DNA of 64,000 nucleotides from Adineta vaga (Eukaryota; Animalia; Rotifera): NCBI GenBank assembly GCA_021613535.1, contig CP075497.1, positions 12,028,001 to 12,092,000 of the forward strand, read 5' to 3'. Shown piece by piece: positions 55,116 to 64,000 of this stretch (position 1 is its first letter; each line of letters starts with the position of its first letter). The notes under the pieces were generated by a model. It saw only the letters and a program-made list of their open reading frames with translations, ran no database searches and was not told where the DNA came from. The position numbers and the translations under genes were made by a program.

Positions 55116-56767
55116 TATTCTTGATTAAAGTTAAACAAAATATAGATTATCAAGTAATTTAAATCATTCACATATGAGAGGGAGTTTATGTTGAATTAAA
55201 TGTTTAAATTGCAACATCTCTAACATTCAAAAATCAAATTAAATCTTCAAGATTCAATTTATTTCTTCTTTTTTGACAATCGACAAATAAAAATGCACGT
55301 TGAAAAAAAACACAAAGAAAAACATTTTGTTTGTTTCATAGTGATATTGATGTTTCATTTCATTGATACTATCGGAGAAAAAATAAATTTTGAAAAACAA
55401 AATAGATGTTAATTGTACTTGCTGCCATCCAAATACCAGAGAACTTGATGACACAATTCTTTGTCCTAAAATATGAAAATGTACGATTCGACACGTCGAG
55501 ATTACAATTAATTTTACTCGAAAAATGGCGTCAACCATATTTTCCGTTGGTTTGTAATATACGTCAGGTGTTGCATTACCTCTTAACGTTGCTGATGCAA
55601 TAACATCATCGACCTTCTGTAGAAACGATAAATAATAATAGTTTTACAAAAAAGAATCTGTTCTTACTATATTCTTAATTTGGCAGATGTTTAAGATCTG
55701 TGTAATTGTTGCCTTTAATGAATTGAACGTTCATAGTGTAGACGATTTGATTGCATTGGTAGCACATGCATGATATAGCATTTTTATTCGATTAACGTCA
55801 AAATTATTCTATGAAAGTGCAACAGAGTATTAGATATTTTTATAAAAATATTTATACTAGTTTCGTTATAGACATTTCAGTTGTATTCTTATTCAACAAA
55901 ACACAAGCAAGAAATGAGCAATATAACGGAAGAAGAAACTTATGAGAACATACCATACTAACCACTGTGAACTTGATCAATCAGTATTGAGTAAATAAGA
56001 AATAAACGTGTAGGTCAACTCATGTAATTCACTTTTTATCAATTTATGAATTATAATTGAGTAGCTATCGACAATAATAGTAGACGTATCGCCGTTAAAA
56101 ATAAATTCGAACGGTTTGGAAAATTCAGTCAGTCTTATTTCCACATCTTCGACAACTTCTTCAAAAGTTTGGTGCAAATAAAATTCAGTTAAATGATACT
56201 TGTAAGTCGGTATTACAAAAAAAGGTGTTATGCCCATTGACGTTGCTCATAATTGTTCAGTTGATTAAATAAATTAATGAAAATAAATCTGTCTATGTTG
56301 TACAAAACGTCAATGATGCTAAAATCCATCATCAAGAGCAATCAGACCCTATGCGGACGACTGAACATTTCGGTCCTCATTGTCTGAATCTACTGTAGTA
56401 ATGAAATACATTTGTCAATTATCTCAGTGCTACTCCAGCAGGAGCTCTTTCTATCAAAAAATAATTAATGCTTACTTTATTGTCACAATGTTTTAGCAAA
56501 GTTGCTAGCTGTAGTGAATCGATTGCATTCGCCTTACCTAACTGGACTGAAAATGATCATGCAACGAATCATGTGCTACCTTGCAGATGCACTATAGATA
56601 ATGATTTATCCTCCGAACTATTCAATCGATATTTGTTTGTTTTTATAATTAGTTTATCGCCCCTATGTCAGAATATTGGAGTAGAATCTCTTGTATATTC
56701 TGTATGATGAAGTATAGTAAAACCCAATAGTTGAATACAATAACATGAACAACTTGAATAAATTGTA

Positions 56768-56840
56768 GATCCATCTTGAGGGTGAGGGTGTATGTATGAG
56801 ATAGATTCGATTACTCATACGCATATCTTCAAAATGAATC
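56768..56840. repeat. 73-bp imperfect palindrome, member of a short dispersed repeat (related copies at ~22312-22335 and ~43953-43976)
   Basis: Left arm GATCCATCTTGAGGGTG(AGGGTG)TATGTATGAG versus right-arm reverse complement GATTCATTTTGAAGATATGCGTATGAG; all mismatches are transitions. Confidence 0.6.
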
Positions 56841-56975
56841 AGTTTTTGTCGTTCTAGTTACCAAATTTTCTCTCATCTTTATTTCGTTAATTTCTCCTTA
56901 GTATTTGACTATATCGTGTGTTAATATGCGTCATCTGTCGTTCCTTCACTAAGGATTGGCTTATGAAATTTATAG

Positions 56976-57477
<502 letters not shown>

Positions 57478-57556
57478 ATTGCTACACTATAGGATCTTGT
57501 TTATTACATTGATGATACACATAGTTTCAATAGAAGTAAGAAAAAGAAGGTGTCTA

Positions 57557-58164
57557 TTAATTATGACGTGCACGTTTCTTTGCCATGTATATGCAAAACT
57601 AAATAAAAATTGAAAAAGTAAATCGAATAAATATTTTGCAACTGAACAAACTTCATCAAATAAAATATATCCACCATGATTGGTATCAATTCGATTGAAT
57701 TCCTTCTTTAAATCTTCATGATCCAAATTCGATTGTCCAATAAGTTCATGACCTTTTTTAAATTCATTAAAACTAATTCGTTTATCTTTATTTTTATCTA
57801 ATTGTTCAAATAAATCACTCAATTCATTATAATAATATAATAATTCGATTAAATGACAAAATTCCTTCAATTCAACAAATCCACTCTAAATACAAAATGA
57901 AAAAATTCATCAAAAGACAAATCAATTTCTAACAAACTTTATTCGAATCTGCAGCTTTGAATGCACGTAACATTGCCTGACGATTTGTACCGAATTCTGG
58001 ATACCAATGAATAATAGCTCGATCAATTTCAGCTAAAGATAAAATTCCATTTCCATTATCGAATTGTTGAAATAACTAAATAAAATTCATTAAAATCTGT
58101 CATAGAACATATAAAATGAATCATTTACTTTTTTACATTCATCTTTTGATAAATGTCTTGCCAT
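57557..58164 (-). CDS. Four-EF-hand protein resembling flagellar calcium-binding protein (calflagin), 4 exons
   Basis: LFQQFDNGNGILSLAEID, AFKAADSNK|SGFVELKEF, LYYYNELSDLFEQLDKNKDKRISFNEF, FNRIDTNHGGYILFDE|FCIYM. Confidence 0.85.
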
Positions 58165-59043
58165 TATTGTTCTTCAAATCGCAAAGAAAGATAACTTCAA
58201 TGACGAGATAAAACAAATGGAAGTCGTTTTTTCTTGTTCTTATTTGAAAGCAGAATGCGTGAGAGTTTTTTTTTATACTCGTAGAATTATAAGTATAAGA
58301 GAAATATAGGACGACAAACACTTTTTCTCAACGTACATCCGGACGTGAAGAAAATGTTTATCATTGATGCTTATTCATTGATTTTCTTTTAATATGATGA
58401 AGAGAAAAGACATCTTTTTCTGTGGAGCAAAACTTTTTTTTATGAAAAAGAAGAAATGAAGTCCTTGGTGTGTCGTGTCGTCTTAATGATATTACATGCT
58501 GAGAAAAGTAATCATTTTCAGAATTGTGAAGTATGTTGCGGAGTAGAGATATTATATTTCTTTTCTTTAACGAATGGTTTCAACATTGCGGAAGAGATTT
58601 GTATGTTAGATTAATCGATCACATTATTCAGTCGAGTGTGACGAAATAAAAGCAGAGGATGAGAAAAGTTGAAAATGATTTTCTATGAAATGAAATAAAA
58701 ATATGGTTCGTTTCTGCTAATTTTCAAAATATTGTACAAAACAAAACTTTATTGAAGCATAAAATGTGAAAAAGTCATCTTTTTTTTCTAAAACAAAATG
58801 ATTCATAGTTCAACTTGACAATACTTAAAATGAAAATGTCCATTTTTGATTATAAGTCAATCTATTGGTTATTTTCTTGTCTAAAATCGCATCTTTCAAC
58901 TCCTACGCAAGGACAGTATATGTATCTCATAAACTGATCGTACATTACACGATACAAGGTGAAAATTGATGACGCACTCTTCCTATACCTTTTACTAGTT
59001 ACATAAAGGTATACATAAAGTATATGTTTTCTTTCGATAGAAC

Positions 59044-59733
59044 ATGTTCCTACGTACGATATCTTCATCGAAAAAACAGGGAATTTATAGATTCTTGGGA
59101 ATTCTAACATCAACTCTTGCATCATTAATATGGTTAGGAACAATTGTCGCTTTATTTGCTTTATGGGGTGGTGAAGATGATTTTACTCGATACGAATATG
59201 ATGATGGTGAAGTTCCTTATATATCAAATGTAGGTGCTCGTCATAAAACGGTGTTTGTTGTTGGAACAAGTTTCACTGCTGTATTTTTTATTTTAACATT
59301 AATTTTTACTAAACTTTGTTTTGATGCTGAAACTCGACGACGACTAAAACGTGGTGTATCAATGACATCAATTATATTTGGAATTTTCGCAGGCATATCA
59401 CTTGTTCTCTTATCTGTTTTTGATTCCGTTGATCATTCAACAATTCATTTCGTCTTCACAGGATTATTTACTGCTTTTACTCTTCTATCCGCAATTTTTT
59501 CAACAATTTATCGATTTTCACGTAATGAAATTAATTTAGCTGTTTATATCCGAGTGTTATTCATTTCAATAGTCATACCATTAGCAGTTTGTTTTGTCGT
59601 TTTTAGTTTAATCAAACGTCCAACTGATCAAACACAATTATTATCTGTTGCAGCATCATTTGAATGGACTATTGCTATTCTTTTTGTTGTTTACTTAATT
59701 TTATTTGCTTTAGATCTGATATTGAGTGTATAA
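59044..59733 (+). CDS. Frag1/DRAM/Sfk1 family six-TM protein, intronless
   Basis: VPYISNVGA, LLSVFD..HSTIHF and AASFEW motifs with six hydrophobic helices. Confidence 0.85.
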   Translation: MFLRTISSSKKQGIYRFLGILTSTLASLIWLGTIVALFALWGGEDDFTRYEYDDGEVPYISNVGARHKTVFVVGTSFTAVFFILTLIFTKLCFDAETRRRLKRGVSMTSIIFGIFAGISLVLLSVFDSVDHSTIHFVFTGLFTAFTLLSAIFSTIYRFSRNEINLAVYIRVLFISIVIPLAVCFVVFSLIKRPTDQTQLLSVAASFEWTIAILFVVYLILFALDLILSV

Positions 59734-60551
59734 TATGCAATATTTCTTGTTTTTCTTCTAAAATAAAACCATGAAAGGTCATTGAAAACTGTTGACAACA
59801 TAAGAATAAGTGAGTCATCGATGTTTTTCTTACAATCATGACGTCAATTGAATATTTCATCAAAGTTTTGTTAAATTTCGTGCAGATTTTCTTGTCTATG
59901 AAAGGAAATTAATTTAAGAAATAGTTGCATAGCTGACGATATAATTCATATGTTGCCTAATCAACACATTGAATTAAATAGAAAGTTCTTTTTTCAAGAA
60001 AAGTTTTTTTTCTTTCTTTCTGATTAAACAATTAATCAGTTATTCTTTCGGAATCGTTTTTCTTCATACTTCAATGTTGAAAAACAAACAAATCGTTTCT
60101 TCTTTTTAACCTTGAACGTAAAAAGAACTCATTTTAAATTTACCTTTTTGGTCACTTAAACCCTTGACAAACGTTTATATTTATAGTTGTATCGTTTCTT
60201 CTTCTTCTTCTCTCTTCTTTTAAAATTCTTTGATGATGCAAGCGACCTCCTATAGTCCAACGCGAATGTTGCCAAGCAATGGCTATCGATAACAGAATAA
60301 ATGGCTGAGTCATTCTCTTCATTTTTGTCTTTTGATTAAAGTTAACAAATTCAGTTTTAATTAAATCGGAATAAATATTTCTTTTCTTCCCGAGGAATAA
60401 ATCAGATATCGATCGTAAGAAATTGAACTGAAGTATATTTTTCTCTTTCTTCATTTGTTTTCAAGTATTTTTCTATTTATTAACGACAAAAGTATTTAAA
60501 AGCAAAAGAAAAATCTTTTTTTCTTCATTCGAACATTTCATTTCAAGCATC

Positions 60552-62116
60552 ATGAGTAAGATTTTCATACTCTTTCTTTTAAACTAAACTTTTCTTCTTT
60601 AGCTGGACGTTTGGAGAGACCAGCTGCACCTGTTTTAGTCAATACAACACATCATTCAATTGAACTTGAATGGGAACATATTGCAACTCAAGATAAAACT
60701 CGACCGGAACGTCGACGTTTATTTGATGAAAATGGTTTAGCACATTCAGGTTCATTGATTTATCTTCATCAACGGGATAAAAAAACATCATCCGTTTGGG
60801 AAAGTATCTATACGTATGTCTTAAAAGCAGGGGAAAATCTTTGTAATACGTTTTCTTTTCGTTTTTTTGAACAGAGGATCAGCATTGGGATATAAAATTG
60901 AAAATTTGAAACCAAATACTCAATTTGAATATCGATTACAATGTAAATCGGGTGGAACTGGTGAACGATCGGAATGGTCGCCAATCTTATTAGCAGCAAC
61001 AACACCTGAACCAATGAGTGGTGAAACAGTTTTCAAAGCAATTGCTTTACCGGGAAAAGATCAATTAGAAAAATTACTTACAGTTTTGTATGTTGATTCA
61101 TTTGAGAGAATTGAATTTTATTAAAGATCTTTTAGAGGACCAGGACATCAATTGTTAGAACATCCAGATAAAGATGGAAATTTTCCATTGATGCATGCTT
61201 GTGCAAAACATGATGTGGCGTTTGTTGATGTTTTTGCTCTTTAATTCAATTATTTCTTTCTTCTTCTTATAGAAAAGTCGATTTATTAATAAAAGCTGGT
61301 GCAAATGTTAACAATGCGATTCCTTCCGGAAAAACAGCGTAAGTTTTCTTTTTCTTTTCTAATCCGCTTAAACGTCATTCAAATAATAATTTAGCTTAAT
61401 GGTTGCAGCAAGTGCTGGTTTTACTAAAGCATGTGCCTCATTACTTGAAAATGGTGCCAATCTTTATAGTGTAGATCAAAATGGTAGAAATATTTATTTT
61501 TATTTTTCATTGAATCATTTTCTATTTAAGGCACAACTGTATTACATCGGGCGATTGATAGTAAAAATCTTGATACAATAACGGTGATAATCAATCAAAT
61601 AAATATGGAAAAAGATCAAGCAATTAAAGAAGAAGAAATGAATAAAGAAGTTGGACAACATAAATGGACGCCTTTATACCGAGCTGGTAAGAAGAAAAAG
61701 AAAGAAAAGTGTTTCTCTTTTTGGATGAATAATTCATTTTGTTTAGTTATTCATGATTGTAATAAAGAAATTATTGAACTTCTTCTTAAAAATGGTTGTA
61801 ATCCGGAATGTGAAGATAAAACAACAAATACAACTGTTTTACAAATGGCTGTGATTCGAGGAAATATATTAACAACTCAATTGCTAATCAATTATGGAGC
61901 AAATCCAAGAGCATTAAGCAAAGTATGAATGATCTTAATTAATTATTTTCTTAATCTTTTATCTTTTGTTAAGAATGGTAAAACTCTTCAACAATTAGCT
62001 GCTTCAACAACTAAACAGGTAAGAATAATATTCGATAATAATATTATTTATTGATTTCTTTTAAATAGGATTTAATGGATTATGTTGATTCCTTACCAGG
62101 TGCTCCAAAAATGTGA
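60552..62116 (+). CDS. FANK1: Fibronectin type III and ankyrin repeat domain protein 1-like, multi-exon (first coding exon is 4 nt, ATGA)
   Basis: PVLVNTTHHSIELEW, IENLKPNTQFEYRL..SEWSP..TTPEPMSGE, followed by ankyrin repeats (GNFPLMHAC, GKTALMVAA, GTTVLHRA, WTPLYRA). Confidence 0.88.
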
Positions 62117-62347
62117 AAACGCATTCACTGGATACTTTCTTAGTGCAATTTCTATCTTTTGATTTCTTCGAAAAAAAATATATAATAAAGCGTGTTTTTG
62201 TGTGTGGGTGTGTGCATAAAGTTCGTTTATTAAAAGTGTTTTCTCTGTATAATAACAAATCGATCATTTCTTTTTTGTTTCTCTAATCTAAATTGAACAT
62301 TTTCTATGTAAAAACAGCCAAGAATATATCTACGAAAACTTTCTTTT

Positions 62348-63309
62348 CTAAACTTTTTTGTTTATTAATGATAATAATGTTGTCAATTGTTTGGATTTTG
62401 TTGAAGTTTGAATTGGACGTATTGTTGTTGTTTTTGTTGTTGTTGTCATGGTTGTTGTGCTTGTAGGATGACCGAAAAATTTTATACTCGAACAAAGTTC
62501 TGGTAATGCATAACGACTCCATTGTCCATTGGATTCACATCGTTTACAATGAGGACCGAAAGCAAAGGCATAAATCGCAAAAACAGTCAAAGGTGAATAC
62601 AATGTACCACCATCTAATGGTTTGATTTCACCCCATTCAGTGACTAAACGTGGATTTGCACGTAATAGTTCTGCATCACATCGAACAGTATCACATACTG
62701 TTAATTGTGTCCAAAAACCTAATAAAAAGAAGAATAAATGATAGTTTGAAATATGAAAATATTGTTACCATCTCGACACGAACGACAGAAACGAACTCCA
62801 TCAGGATCGGAACGTCGTTCGTAAACAGCAGTTGAAAGATCAGGAACTGTTTCTCGTGGATCATCATCGAAATATTTTAGACGATGATCAGGTTGTTCAA
62901 TACGTAAACGACGAAATTCAAATGGAACAACCATTTTAGTTTCAATTTCGTTTAATAATTTGATTGAACATGGAGAAAATGTTTGTTCAATCAGAGAATT
63001 TGTTAAAGATTTTTTTAATAACGGTTGAGTTTTATTTATTATTGGTGGTGATGATGTTGCTTGTTTAATATCAATATGTGATAATGGAATAGGTTCAAGA
63101 ACAAAATCAGATGAACGTTGATGATCAAGCATACGTAAATTTCGAAGAAGTAATGATGAACGATTATTCGATGATGATGATGATATTTCATTTTCTGTTC
63201 GTTGAATCATATTTGTATCAATAATAATACATGCAGGAATTGAATATACTCGATATTTATCCAATAGTACAAGAGATAGAATGAAAATCATGGAAATATT
63301 CAATGACAT
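62348..63309 (-). CDS. Secreted protein with two CxxC..GxW..C (Sushi-like) modules and a Thr-rich tail, 2 exons
   Basis: Hydrophobic N-terminus; FCRSCRD|GFWTQLTVC and HCKRCESNGQWSRYALPELC; TSTTTMTTTTKTTT. Confidence 0.7.
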
Positions 63310-63692
63310 GATTGATTGAAGTTGGTTTATGTTGATGTAGAAGACGAAGAATGAAATGAATAGAAAAGTATTAAGCTTTCTTTTATTTTTCGTCTTTCTT
63401 CGATGGACGACAGACAGCAGAGATTAACTAACGCATAATGTTTACCTATCGGTTCATGCAATCAAATGATGTGAGACAATAATATCATGCGATATTTAGT
63501 GTCTAATCTCTTTTCACTTATTGTTGTTATCGATAACCAAACAAAAACAATCGATCGAAGAAATCCGATAATCACCACTTTACAATTGTCTACGAGATTT
63601 TACACAATTCAAAGAGGATGAAAAATATTCCAAATGAGATTTATTTTATATCATCATTGCTTTATTCAACAAATAAAAACAATCACATTTAT

Positions 63693-63988
63693 TCACTGAG
63701 TTTCTTCTTCTTCTTCTTCTTCTTCATCTCCTGAACTTTCGTACGGTGGCATCATATCATCAACTGATGTTTCACCTTTCGTGTCTTCGTCTTGAATATC
63801 TTCAAATTCTTTTGGCCTAAAATTAAAAAAAAACAACTTTCATATTCAATCTATTAACTGTCACTATCATTTAACATACCAACAGTTTTGTGATCGAATA
63901 TATTTGATATTATCTCGAAGAAGAATTTGTATAATTTCTGCTTTTACTTTATCACCTTCTTCAATATCTTCAACAAGAACATAATCTC
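63693..63988 (-). CDS. EIF1AD: 3' exons of eIF1A-domain protein (runs off window end)
   Basis: DYVLVEDIEEGDKVKAEIIQIL..CW|PKEF followed by acidic tail SSGDEEEEEEETQ*. Confidence 0.85.
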
Positions 63989-64000
63989 CTAAAAGGAAAT

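Overview
This is AT-rich, gene-dense eukaryotic DNA with many ~50-60 nt GT-AG introns, so the ORF track fragments most genes; I rebuilt them by manual splicing. Gene content (F-box/LRR proteins, an ART-TPR protein, foreign-looking intronless genes) suggests a bdelloid rotifer, which is an inference. About 23 intact or partial genes are present, including the 3' end of an LRR gene, ABCC4-like, neurensin, two tandem DNAJA genes, FKBP15, an F-box protein, SNAP25-like, a GPCR, an SH3 protein, COP1, ERK-like, DPH4, ART-TPR, DRC2-like, a methyltransferase-like gene, RPL23A, C1orf53-like, a calflagin-like EF-hand gene, Sfk1/DRAM-like, FANK1 and EIF1AD. There are also several decayed genes and a piggyBac-type MITE. 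The most notable signals are: (1) a tandem array of near-identical 84-nt LRR exon + intron cassettes that vary mainly at predicted ligand-contact codons; (2) operon-like same-strand gene pairs 78-145 bp apart, with splice acceptors just upstream of most start codons; (3) an R-S-E ADP-ribosyltransferase-TPR protein; (4) several horizontal-transfer candidates. All homology calls are from motif recognition by eye, with no database searches.
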